IMG/VR virus record: IMGVR_UViG_3300048670_000359
Location: 1-42,075 of that record
Strand: one strand, 5' to 3'
Length of the DNA stretch: 42,075 nucleotides
Source: a virus
Lineage: Duplodnaviria; Caudoviricetes
Shown here: positions 16,223 through 25,200 of the stretch, piece by piece
How the letters are laid out: the number at the start of each line of letters is the position of its first letter
Numbering within the stretch: position 1 is the stretch's first letter
Translations under genes and position numbers: made by a program
Notes under the pieces: generated by a model
Databases searched by the model: none
The model's input: the letters and a program-made list of their open reading frames with translations, nothing else
What the model was told of the DNA's origin: nothing

Positions 16223-16376
16223 TTTGCTCCTTTATAATTTGTTCCAAATGTTTGATTTTGTTTGTTAGCCTGATGATCGTGTCCTCGTATTCGGGCACTA
16301 GAATTTCGCAAAGAAGGCACTGGCAAGGGCTTTTATCCGGTTCCATAATGTCGGTTGTGTGGTTTTTTTGCTCCAA
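16185..16376 (-). CDS. Hypothetical protein (up to 63 aa; Cys cluster and coiled coil)
   Basis: Fills the gap; overlaps both neighbours, so the start is uncertain. Confidence 0.45.
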   Translation of the reverse strand: MEQKNHTTDIMEPDKSPCQCLLCEILVPEYEDTIIRLTNKIKHLEQIIKEQNDSNGNRHSTAV

Positions 16377-16543
16377 TGTGGCTTGTTGTGAACTGGGTTG
16401 TTGCGCTTTACCTGCTCAACCTCACCAACACTGTAATACTTGCGCCGGCCAATCTTGATGGCAGTCAGCTCGCCTTTCTTCTCCCTATACAGTAGGGTTT
16501 GCCAATGGCATTCCAGTCGTTCCCCCGCCTGCTGCCAAGTCAT
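16298..16543 (-). CDS. Excisionase/MerR-like HTH DNA-binding protein (81 aa)
   Basis: MTWQQAGERLECHWQTLLYREKKGELTAIKIGRRKYY is an HTH_17-like pattern. Confidence 0.7.
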   Translation of the reverse strand: MTWQQAGERLECHWQTLLYREKKGELTAIKIGRRKYYSVGEVEQVKRNNPVHNKPHWSKKTTQPTLWNRIKALASAFFAKF

Positions 16544-17003
16544 CAGCGCGCTGAGCTTTTCTGTTTGCCCTCCATTCGCGGGCTTTAAGCCGGATTGACT
16601 CTTTTTGTTCTGGAGTAAGGTTGTCTCTCCACTTTTTGGAGCGTGCCCGTGCTTCTGCGTTTTTCTTGATGCGATACAGTCGATTGTTTTCTTTTTTTCT
16701 CTGTCTTCTTTCTTCTTTGGTGAACTGTGGCCTGCGCCCTGGCTTCATGCGCACATGTAACACTTGCACTGGTCGGTCACTGACAGGCTCAGTTTTAGTG
16801 CTTTCTTTTGCTGCCTCATTTTTCTTGGCACGGTTCTCGATAAACCGGCCCTTAAAGCCAAATGACAGCCCGCGCTTTTTTTCCCACGCTTTAAGGGCAT
16901 CCATGATGCTGGACATCTTGTTGTCCATGTTTGGGTAATACACGCTGCCATCTGCCGGCAACATATCTTGAAGGTGTATGGTTCTCTGTGCCGCAAATCT
17001 CAT
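16485..17003 (-). CDS. Hypothetical Lys/Arg-rich protein (up to 172 aa)
   Basis: Long ORF abutting the dnaB-C stop codon; very basic helical C-terminal half. Confidence 0.6.
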   Translation of the reverse strand: MRFAAQRTIHLQDMLPADGSVYYPNMDNKMSSIMDALKAWEKKRGLSFGFKGRFIENRAKKNEAAKESTKTEPVSDRPVQVLHVRMKPGRRPQFTKEERRQRKKENNRLYRIKKNAEARARSKKWRDNLTPEQKESIRLKAREWRANRKAQRADDLAAGGGTTGMPLANPTV

Positions 17004-17004
17004 A

Positions 17005-17583
17005 TTAACTGTTTAGAAATGATGCTGTTCTGCCGTTAAAGCGCATGTGCGTGCTGACTCCACATGGGCCGTTTCGCTGAAAAGGTATACTCACCTTTCT
17101 GCTTTCTTCGCCATCTATTTCGATAGCCATCACGCAAGTAGCGTCCTGCTGAATTGCCCGCGACTCACGGGCTTTTCCTTGCTCGTTGAGTTGAGTGATT
17201 CCAATTACCAAGCAACCCAGCTCTAAGCCCAGCAGGCGCAGCGAGCGAGACACCTCTGCTACCTCACGTTCTCTGGTGCTATCTTTAAGCTCACACCTGA
17301 TGAGTTGAATGTAATCTACAAACATGACGCCCAAGCCCATCGTGCTCTTGCTCATGGCACGCGCCACTGAACAGATAGCCTGGATGTCATAGAGGTCATC
17401 CCTAATGATGAGATTGGAGCGATGCAGCACGTTAAGGGCACGTTGCATTCCGTTCAGTTCATGTTCGGTTTTCACACCTTCGGCCAAGGACCGCAGTGAC
17501 ACGTTGCCAAGGCGTGCCACCAAGCGGTCAATGATTTGGCTGGCTGGCATTTCAAGGCTGATGATCAAGACGCCCTTTTTCAT
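17005..17583 (-). CDS. dnaB: DnaB-like helicase, C-terminal part (H1a to H4) encoded as a separate gene (192 aa)
   Basis: VLIISLEM (H1a), FVDYIQL (Walker B/H2), VSRSLR..ITQLN (H3), RESRAIQQDA (H4) and QRNGP arginine finger; no Walker A. Confidence 0.9.
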   Translation of the reverse strand: MKKGVLIISLEMPASQIIDRLVARLGNVSLRSLAEGVKTEHELNGMQRALNVLHRSNLIIRDDLYDIQAICSVARAMSKSTMGLGVMFVDYIQLIRCELKDSTREREVAEVSRSLRLLGLELGCLVIGITQLNEQGKARESRAIQQDATCVMAIEIDGEESRKVSIPFQRNGPCGVSTHMRFNGRTASFLNS

Positions 17584-17840
17584 TTCTTGAACCTCTTTCC
17601 GTTGTCCTTGCGGATCTCCTGTGAGTTATGTGTCTTATGGCCTTTGTAAACTGTCACCAAAAAGTCCACGAAGACTTCCTCTGTAGACATGTGCATAGGC
17701 TGCGTAGCCAACTCATCAATGAGACTCTGACAGTTTTCCTTGCTCCCGATAAGCAGGACTTCCTGCACGATCTTTGGCCTAGGCAGGTGCTCGTAGCCGT
17801 CATTGGTGATGCTGCGCCGGAGTGCAACGTACTCCCTCAT
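17580..17840 (-). CDS. Hypothetical protein (86 aa)
   Basis: ATGA-coupled on both sides; GAGGAGG Shine-Dalgarno upstream. Confidence 0.75.
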   Translation of the reverse strand: MREYVALRRSITNDGYEHLPRPKIVQEVLLIGSKENCQSLIDELATQPMHMSTEEVFVDFLVTVYKGHKTHNSQEIRKDNGKRFKK

Positions 17841-18016
17841 TCCAGTGCCTCCTCTCGTATTGGCTCACGCCTTGCAGTTGCTAAACCTTCCACAAGCTCA
17901 ATCCGTTCACTGTCCACAATAACAGTACAGTGAGGATGACAATTGTTATGGAGCCACTGCATAAGCGGCATCGCGGCTTCTCTAAGAGCTATAATTTGAT
18001 CTGGTGTAATTATCAT
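17837..18016 (-). CDS. Hypothetical phage protein (59 aa; below the ORF track cutoff)
   Basis: Translated by hand: MIITPDQIIALREAAMPLMQWLHNNCHPHCTVIVDSERIELVEGLATARREPIREEALE; GGAGGAGG upstream. Confidence 0.75.
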   Translation of the reverse strand: MIITPDQIIALREAAMPLMQWLHNNCHPHCTVIVDSERIELVEGLATARREPIREEALE

Positions 18017-18047
18017 TCCCCCTCCTCCATTTGTTCGTTAGTCATAG

Positions 18048-18812
18048 CTAGTACCTCGGCAGGATAAGCTTGAACTCCGGCAATCCAGGCCACGCCTGCG
18101 CAGTCTGACACCGCTTGAAGTAAGCCAGCTCCTCCTCGATTTTGGCGTTGGCATTCTCAAGGATCTCGCTGCCGGCACGCATGAACTGCGCCAGATGCGG
18201 AGCCTCAGTGTCCACCACAAGGAACCAGAAGCCTGGAGCCTCGCTCAGGCCGGCTGCTTGCTGGAAGCCGTACTGATACCAAGCGGCTTGCACATCGTAC
18301 CGAAAACGGTGAAAGCTGCTGTCAAAGTTGCGGATGTCATTGGTAGTCTTGAGGTCCACTAAACAGATCTCGCCATTGATGGTGGCGATCATGTCAGGCC
18401 GGCCCTTACACTTGATGCCGTCCCGTTCCCAGAAGAGGCTCGTCTCAATGTTGTCATCTTCATAGGCGCAGTGCTCCATAAGCGGTTCACATGCCGCAGA
18501 GCAGCCGGTAATTACAGCAGCCTCGTCCCTGGTCACGATGATCTTTCCAAGGTTTTCCTCGCAGAAGAGCGCCCACTCTTCCTTGCCGGCCTTAGTGCGC
18601 TTGTCCACATCAGGCCCAATGGCAAAGTCTGTGCGCCCCTCAAGCACTAACGAGTGAATGAGCGTGCCCATCTCCATGGAGCGGGATGGCTTCCACTCCT
18701 GCGCCTTGCGGTGCAGGTAGTAGGATGGAGCAACCGCAAAGTTGTCCAGTTCGTGTTTGCTGAGCCCGTCCATCTGGCGGTACTCGGTCATGGGTGTGTT
18801 TCGTAGGATCAT
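18048..18812 (-). CDS. PD-(D/E)xK exonuclease, RecE/ExoVIII (DUF3799)-like (254 aa)
   Basis: LSKHELD, MGTLIHSLVLE, DKRTKAGKE, KGRPD, VDLKTT and YDVQAAWY motifs. Confidence 0.88.
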   Translation of the reverse strand: MILRNTPMTEYRQMDGLSKHELDNFAVAPSYYLHRKAQEWKPSRSMEMGTLIHSLVLEGRTDFAIGPDVDKRTKAGKEEWALFCEENLGKIIVTRDEAAVITGCSAACEPLMEHCAYEDDNIETSLFWERDGIKCKGRPDMIATINGEICLVDLKTTNDIRNFDSSFHRFRYDVQAAWYQYGFQQAAGLSEAPGFWFLVVDTEAPHLAQFMRAGSEILENANAKIEEELAYFKRCQTAQAWPGLPEFKLILPRY

Positions 18813-19276
18813 TTGATTAGGTTTCTGATTTTGTTGTGTAGGTCTTCGATGGTGCCATCGTTGACTACCTCTATATCGGCAGCTACCTCACACTGCTTTA
18901 GCTCAGATTCGTGATTTTCTGCGATTTGTTCAGGCCGGACGATTCGGACGATGATGCCACCCTTGCTGCGGACGTAGTCAGCTTCGTTCTGGAAGCGGAC
19001 ATCTGTGTAGACAATGCCATCTCTAAGTCTGTCTCGCACAAGCTGCTTGTTTAAGTACTGAATCCAAAATCTGGGATTGTAGCGCCTAGCTGCCATTCCC
19101 AAGTCTTGCAGCAGCCTTCTTCCAGCTTCGTCTTTTTCTCCATCCCAGCCAAAGTAAAAAGCCAAAGATTTAAGCTCATCAGCAAAAGCAGCTCTGCGAT
19201 AACCACATTTTACAAGCCCTTTTGCAGCCGTGTCCTTGCCGGAACCTGCCAGCCCAATGAGTCCGATGTGCTTCAT
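18809..19276 (-). CDS. Deoxynucleoside monophosphate kinase (155 aa)
   Basis: IGLIGLAGSGKDT P-loop, AFADELK, RRLLQDLG, DVRFQNE and HESE motifs. Confidence 0.88.
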   Translation of the reverse strand: MKHIGLIGLAGSGKDTAAKGLVKCGYRRAAFADELKSLAFYFGWDGEKDEAGRRLLQDLGMAARRYNPRFWIQYLNKQLVRDRLRDGIVYTDVRFQNEADYVRSKGGIIVRIVRPEQIAENHESELKQCEVAADIEVVNDGTIEDLHNKIRNLIK

Positions 19277-19584
19277 GGGTTCACCTCCAGTGCGCCACAG
19301 GCCACCACAGAACCATGTTCATTGCGTATCAGCTTTGCTGGACTGGCAACGTCCTTGCGGTTTGGCACATGAATTCGCACCAATCCGGCAACGATGAACA
19401 TGGTATCAGGCTGAGCCTCTGGCAGGTTACTAATGCCAAGCGTCTTGCTGGACATAAGCGGAACGCCATTAGCAGACCCAACCTGGGACATCTGCGTGTT
19501 AACCCTGGCGATGTAGCCGGATGGCTCAATTGAGTCATGTCCGCTGATTTTTATTGTGTGAGGAGTAAGATTAATGAGTTTCAT
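19273..19584 (-). CDS. Conserved hypothetical phage protein of the INLTPH type (103 aa)
   Basis: MKLINLTPH..EPSGYIARV..LPE..IV..RKDV.SP..RNEHG.V motif pattern. Confidence 0.8.
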   Translation of the reverse strand: MKLINLTPHTIKISGHDSIEPSGYIARVNTQMSQVGSANGVPLMSSKTLGISNLPEAQPDTMFIVAGLVRIHVPNRKDVASPAKLIRNEHGSVVACGALEVNP

Positions 19585-20239
19585 TAAGAATATTTGCGAT
19601 AACGTTAAGTGCTAACATGGTTTTTCCTGATTTTTCTGGCCCACCGATAACAAGGAAATCCCCGTACCGGATGGGCGTTAGGTTATCCAGCTTGTCGTAG
19701 CCTGTCCGAATTCTTTGTGTAAGATCATCACCCTCTTGGTAGCGAGTGATCGCGTTCATAATAAGTGCCTGAGTGTCTAGCTTAGCCGGCGGACTCATCT
19801 CTCCTCGAATCCGCTCGATGCCCGTGGATAGGCCGTTCACCAGCTCAGCAGTGGAAACGTCCGCTGAATCAGCGCACTGCATCCCTTCTGCCAGCATCTT
19901 GATAACCGCTCGCCGCTTGCAGGCAGCTTTGACGATGTCCATCAATTCGCGGCAGGCGTTAGCCACCGGCATCAGCGTGTAAAGATCGGTCAGTTCGTGA
20001 AACTGAACCTTCTCATTGCGCTCACGCAACCGCTCAAAGATGACGCGCACATCACAAACAGCACGCCTGGACACTTGATCCAAGACTACCTCAACTACGT
20101 TCCTGCTTAAGCCGTCAAAGATGAACGATGGATTAAATCCAGCGTCACTCATCGAGTTAAGAACTAACTCAGGATGGTTTAATGTGATTGAGGCTAGACC
20201 GCGTTCGGATTCAACAGGGGTGGGAACCTTCATTACCAA
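19571..20239 (-). CDS. dnaB: DnaB-like helicase, N-terminal part (N-domain, linker and Walker A; 222 aa)
   Basis: PTPVESERGL (DnaB N-terminus), IRTGYDKLDNLT, GDFLVIGGPEKSGKTMLALNV; stops one helix after Walker A. Confidence 0.9.
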   Translation of the reverse strand: MVMKVPTPVESERGLASITLNHPELVLNSMSDAGFNPSFIFDGLSRNVVEVVLDQVSRRAVCDVRVIFERLRERNEKVQFHELTDLYTLMPVANACRELMDIVKAACKRRAVIKMLAEGMQCADSADVSTAELVNGLSTGIERIRGEMSPPAKLDTQALIMNAITRYQEGDDLTQRIRTGYDKLDNLTPIRYGDFLVIGGPEKSGKTMLALNVIANILNETH

Positions 20240-20904
20240 CCCTGCTGGGAAGTGTTGGCAGAATCAAGCAGTGAACCAGGCCGGCCTTTAAGCGGCTGAC
20301 GCTTTTCACCCTGCGCACGGCACAGCCAGGCGTTGAGAAATCGTCCCATTCCGCGACGAGTCTTGCGCTTGGTCGGATTGCTCTTAATCCACAGGCAAGC
20401 CAGCGTCAACTCACGGTCCACCATTGTCTGACCAAAGGCTGAGCAGAAGTCTGAGTACAGATTTTGCGGTATGGCATACATGCCGTCTTGGCAAGGAAAT
20501 TGGTCACGGTTCTCTTCTCCCCCCTCACCTTCCCCACCCTCTTCCTTCCTTTCCCCCATACCCCCTATCCTACCATCTCCCTCCCCATCCTCACCCACCC
20601 TCTTCTCTCCAGTGGTATCGCACGCGAGAAAATCGGCAAGAAAAGCAGAACCAAGCGTATCTTCAACCATTTCCTCAACTGACGAGTAACGCTTTCCAGT
20701 TGGCTGAAGATCTTCCTTAGTGACCTCATCACCGAAACAATCAACCAGCCCGCTAGCTGCCGGAACGGCCGATTCTGATGCCACTTGTGGTTCGACAGGG
20801 GTCACCGGAGCGGACGGCATAGAAACGGCAGTAGAATCGCCCATGGGAATGCTGACCTCGGTGATGGTGCCTGAGATGTGTGTAATTTTTATAGTTATGT
20901 TCAC
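20233..20904 (-). CDS. Replication initiator / replisome-organiser-like protein (223 aa)
   Basis: Immediately upstream of dnaB-N; central G/E-rich linker; C-terminal WIKSNPTKRKTRRGMGRFLNAWL as seen in phage O-like proteins. Confidence 0.6.
   Translation of the reverse strand: MNITIKITHISGTITEVSIPMGDSTAVSMPSAPVTPVEPQVASESAVPAASGLVDCFGDEVTKEDLQPTGKRYSSVEEMVEDTLGSAFLADFLACDTTGEKRVGEDGEGDGRIGGMGERKEEGGEGEGGEENRDQFPCQDGMYAIPQNLYSDFCSAFGQTMVDRELTLACLWIKSNPTKRKTRRGMGRFLNAWLCRAQGEKRQPLKGRPGSLLDSANTSQQGW
20510..20611. other. G-free polypyrimidine tract inside the initiator gene; candidate replication origin element
   Basis: 102 nt with no G on the plus strand. Confidence 0.5.
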
Positions 20905-20973
20905 TGTTGGTTTATGGTTGGTCTGCGTGTTTGTCAGATGCGCAGCCCCTGGTCGGCCTTTCCCGACTGTCCC

Positions 20974-21309
20974 CTAGGATTTCTTGAAGCAATCCATGCC
21001 TTCACGGAGAAGCTGGAAGAAAGTCCCCGCATCCATGGTCACCTTCCAATGTTTGCGGTCCTTCTTGTGAGCTACAATCCAAGCCTTCTTGCCTGCATCT
21101 CGCTCAGCTTGTTCGCAAGCCCTGTCAAGGTTAAGAGACTGCACGCACTTCACTTCAAAGTGAATGCCGGCAAGCTCCTCGCAGATAACGTCAGGCGAGT
21201 CTGTGCCCCCAGCGAACTGCTGGCCCCTGCGTGCAGTAAAGCCAGCTTCGCGGAGTTCATCACGCCAGAGACGCTCTCCTCGAGCACCCTTAGCGCGACT
21301 GTTTACCAT
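20974..21309 (-). CDS. Holliday junction resolvase, Hjc-like (111 aa)
   Basis: NSRAKGARGER, ARRGQQF, SPDV and HFEVK (E..PD..ExK nuclease motif). Confidence 0.85.
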   Translation of the reverse strand: MVNSRAKGARGERLWRDELREAGFTARRGQQFAGGTDSPDVICEELAGIHFEVKCVQSLNLDRACEQAERDAGKKAWIVAHKKDRKHWKVTMDAGTFFQLLREGMDCFKKS

Positions 21310-21974
21310 CCGGCTTCAGCCTCCAGTTCGTCGATCACCTTGCCCATGGGGATCTCATCAGGCACTTCCACCGGCTTGGCAGCAGTGGTTGGAAAGCAGT
21401 TGTAAAGGTTGGCCCTGTCTGCACTAATGAAGATCGAGGCCCGAATAGCTTGGATCTCATCGGTGCCCGTAATGCCGGCTTCCTGCGCCGCCCACTTGGC
21501 TGCTGCTGCACACTGCACATAGAGCTGGGCGCGCTGGAATACGAGACGCTTAGCATCAGCCGGAGTGCCTGCGCCCTGACCGGAAGCCAGTGAGGCGTTG
21601 GTTTTCACGGCGGCAGTGTACTGCTGCTCTGCGCCCTTCATGCTATCTATGATCGCAGCCTTTTCGCTGACGTTCAGCTCGTTGGAGTCTGAGTGCTTCG
21701 AGTACTTTACCGACAAGCCCTGCAAGCCCTTGTTGGTGGGCTGGGACTTGATCGTGATCGTCTGCCCAATCAAGTCCTTGATCTCGTCGTTAGTCCAGAA
21801 GGACGCACGCACTTCGCCGGTGCTGTCTTTCAAGATGGCAGAGACTACGCGCCAGGGTCCAAACTTGCCCTCGCCGGTCTTAGCGGGAAAGGCGGCTTTA
21901 ACTTGCACAGACATCTCCCCAATTATGGAGCCGTCAGCAAGGTTTGTTAGATCAGCAATTTTTGCAACTTTCAT
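21303..21974 (-). CDS. Single-stranded DNA-binding protein with RPA-like OB fold (223 aa)
   Basis: KIADL..VQVK..AILKDSTGEVRASFW OB-fold signature; acidic C-terminal tail ending in an aromatic residue (DELEAEAGW). Confidence 0.7.
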   Translation of the reverse strand: MKVAKIADLTNLADGSIIGEMSVQVKAAFPAKTGEGKFGPWRVVSAILKDSTGEVRASFWTNDEIKDLIGQTITIKSQPTNKGLQGLSVKYSKHSDSNELNVSEKAAIIDSMKGAEQQYTAAVKTNASLASGQGAGTPADAKRLVFQRAQLYVQCAAAAKWAAQEAGITGTDEIQAIRASIFISADRANLYNCFPTTAAKPVEVPDEIPMGKVIDELEAEAGW

Positions 21975-21993
21975 GTTTTCGTGTTTTTGTCTT

Positions 21994-22079
21994 CAGCCGT
22001 GGGCAGAGGCGACTGCCTCCGCATCAACCACCGCTGGTTGGCAGACAACAAGGTATTCGGCCAGACTTCAAGAAGTCTT
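21994..22079 (-). promoter_or_regulatory. Palindrome and long leader hairpin upstream of the replication operon
   Basis: AGACTTC-TT-GAAGTCT inverted repeat (about 22063-22078); leader CAGCGGTGG..GCGGAGGC-AGTC-GCCTCTGC-CCACGGCTG. Confidence 0.5.
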
Positions 22080-22225
22080 TAGCGTTTCTTTGCGGCGGGC
22101 TGCTTTCGAGTAGCCTGCTTTTGTGCCGCGTAGGCAGGAGCCTGCTTAGGCGGCTTGCCGGACTTGATCTCGGCCTGGATGCTCTGGACGAACGCTTTCT
22201 CGGCGGGTGAGTGTTTGAGTTGCAT
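22079..22225 (-). CDS. Small basic protein (48 aa)
   Basis: Translated by hand: MQLKHSPAEKAFVQSIQAEIKSGKPPKQAPAYAAQKQATRKQPAAKKR; resembles the common phage MPLKK..EIKAGKPxKQA peptides. Confidence 0.65.
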   Translation of the reverse strand: MQLKHSPAEKAFVQSIQAEIKSGKPPKQAPAYAAQKQATRKQPAAKKR

Positions 22226-22229
22226 AGAG

Positions 22230-25200
22230 TTATTTGGTTTTGCGTGCTTTTAGAATTTCAATATCAGCGGCTTGGCTGGCTTTTTCTGGAGTGTCGTAGA
22301 TACCAAGCAGCTTTCCGGCAGGAGAGAAGACTTTGAACTTTTTGTTGTCTTTGCTGATAACACGGAAGCCGCTTTCACGATCTGTTATAACGCCACCCTG
22401 ACCAATGGTTTCCATGTCAGAGTTGTTGATGTCAAACGTGTACGGAATGCCATACGTTTTGAGCCAACCGCGGATAGCTGGCATGTTGCCAGGAGTTGTT
22501 TCCAGCAGGGCAATACGCAGCTTCTCTGGATCTGCAATGGCGTCACGGATAGCTGCGTAAGCCTTCTCTTGAATGTCGCCAGACCAGACACGCTGGATCA
22601 TGTCAACCGTATTGCGAATGTAACCTTTTTGACCAGCGTCTTTTACGCTCATTCCACGGGACAGTCGTCCAAGAAAGTTTAGCGCACTAAAATCCATTTG
22701 CTCTTGGATCTGCTCTTCAATGGCCTTCTGAGGTGTGGTCTGGGACATGCCAGCAGTTGCGCGCTTTCTGCGGGAAAGCACTTCAAGCTGCTGTGAAGCT
22801 AGATCTAGATTTTTAAGATCTTGAGAGTATGGCCCAAGAATTTGCTCAATAACACGTCTTTCATTGGTGCCCTTTATAAGCAGTTTTCCTAGCTTTCCAA
22901 GAGTAGTTTCAAGCTCAGCCTTGCTGATTCCATCCGGTACATTTTTACCAGATGCCACGCTTCCTTTGGCGCGAATCTGCTCGTTGATAAATTCACGCAT
23001 GGCATTGCGGATGCCCTGCACTGCTTGGCCAGTAGGATCTTTTGCTGCTGCGTTTAACAGGTCTTCAGCAAGCCTAACGGGATCAATGCTTTTGGAGGAC
23101 AGTATGCCTTGAATTGCATCTTTTGGAGATGTGCCAATAAACCGCTGAGCAACATGTTCAGCGATAGCTTTTTCCTCTGCCTTTAGTGCTTTAAGCGCAG
23201 CGGTTTCAGCAGTCTTTTTTGTCTCTATTGCCATTGTCCGCAAACGATCCGCAATAACCTCTGACCTAGGCGCAGAAGCGGCTTTAACTTCAGCTTCGCC
23301 AGCCGCTGCTGCCAGCCTGTTAAGCTCAAGCCTGGCCAGCATACTTTCCATTTTTGGCTTTGCGCTTGGAAAAACTTTTAGCAATTCCTGAATGTGATCA
23401 TCTGCCAGCCAATTTTCGGCTGAACGAATGCTACCTTCAGTAAGCACATTTTCGGTTTGAGCCACGCCGATGGTTTTGGCCATCTTGCTCATAAACCAGT
23501 CTTCCACAGCACGGAGTCCTGTTGGACTGTCACCAATGACTGCACGGAGCTGCTCTGCTCCAGCCAAGCCTTTAATCTGGCCTGACTTTTTCATGTAGTG
23601 GTCGATGACTGTGTTTGGGTCAATCGAGCCAATGCTGACTTTTTGGCTATCGTTGTTTACAAACGTATCTGTGTAATTTTTCCACGCAGCCCTAAAAGTT
23701 TTTAGCTCAGAGTACTTATCGCTACCAGCCTCAATGTCTTTTTCAAGTCCTTCTCGGATTTTTCCAAGAAGCCTGATTGTGCTTGGACTTTTTTTAATTT
23801 CAGAATCACGCATCAACTCAGCAAGCAGGCCGGCGTCATTCACCGCTTGTTTAATGGAGTCCGCGTGCAGTGCAGTGCCGTCTTCTGCAAACTTTGGTTT
23901 GCGAGCTTTAATCATTGCCCTAACTGGTCCAGGCAATTTCTTAAACTCACTCATGTCTTTTACCGCAGCATTGGCTGCTGAAGTAAAGTTTTCAAACTGA
24001 GTCGTAACGCTTTGCGGTATGTTTACAGCAAGGGCTTTTGCGGCATCATGTGCCACTTCTGAATTTTGTGTAAATACACGCAACACCGTTTCCGCAGCAG
24101 GAGCACGATTTCCTTGGAACTCGTTAATTTGCGCTGCTGCTTCTGCAAAGTTTCGCACAGCTAAAGAGTGTGCCATTTTTGCTGACATCAAGCCGGCGTT
24201 AGCAAGCTCCTGTGAGCGTTGAGCGGCCTGCTGTGCGTTCTGAAGAATACCTTGAGCATATTGATCTCCACGGGCAATAGCGCCTTGATAAGCCTGCTCG
24301 GCTTTAGCTGACATTTGGCCAAGATCATCAACAAAGAAGCGTTCCGTTTGTGCCGGTGACGCGCCTCTAGGTTGCATTTGAGTGTCAACATTTAGAGCAA
24401 TTTGCTCCACGTCTCTTGCTCGCTGTCCACGAAGAACTGGATCACGATTGAAGACGTGCTGTTCTAGGGCAATGAGACCCTCATCGTTAGACAAAGACCC
24501 GGCCCCAAGTTTGACTCCGTTTTGAACCAAATTAGGGCTGTCTGCCAACTCTGCTGCGGCAGATCTAGCATCAGCAGCAAACTGCTGCACGGTAGCATTT
24601 CTGGCTTTTAGTGCGCCAATTTCATTGCGTGCTGCACGGTCATACAGTGATTGTCCAAAACGGCTGGGCTCCAAAAGCATTCCAGACAAGGCTCCCATAG
24701 TTACCCGCTCCATGTCTATGGGCTCACCGGCAACTGCGTTGGCTATTGCAGGAATGCCCCCGCCTAATCCTGCTCCAATTCCAAGGGATGCTATAGATCC
24801 AACGTCTCCAGCTACTGCTTTCCCAAATGTGCCAATGGCTGGTCGCATTGTAGAAAACTGAGGCACAATCTCACCCGCCAATCTAGCATATCGAGTCGCA
24901 GCTTGCTCTTGGTCAAATTGATCTTGGGCAATGTCTTGATCGGTCTTAAATCCAAGCATGGACTCTGCGCCCTGTTGGATAAGGCCGCCAAGCGTGCCTC
25001 CAACTGCGCCTCCAGCCATCATTCCAAGTCCGCCGCCTATCTGTGCTCCAAGTACCATCCCTGGAGGTCCGCCAACCATACCTCCCAAGGCTCCTCCACC
25101 AAGAATGCCAATTGCCTGTCCGGCCATTGAGCCAGGTATTGCTCCAATTGTTGGACCAACCGCACTTTTTGCGCCGCGTAAAAAAGCACCACCCATCGTA

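Noticed and set aside
17576-19590. Excisable element, intron or intein interrupting dnaB
   Set aside because: The shared AATGAAA is just a common start context and excision would be out of frame; there is no recombinase and no intein or intron motif, and the intervening genes are ordinary replication-module genes.
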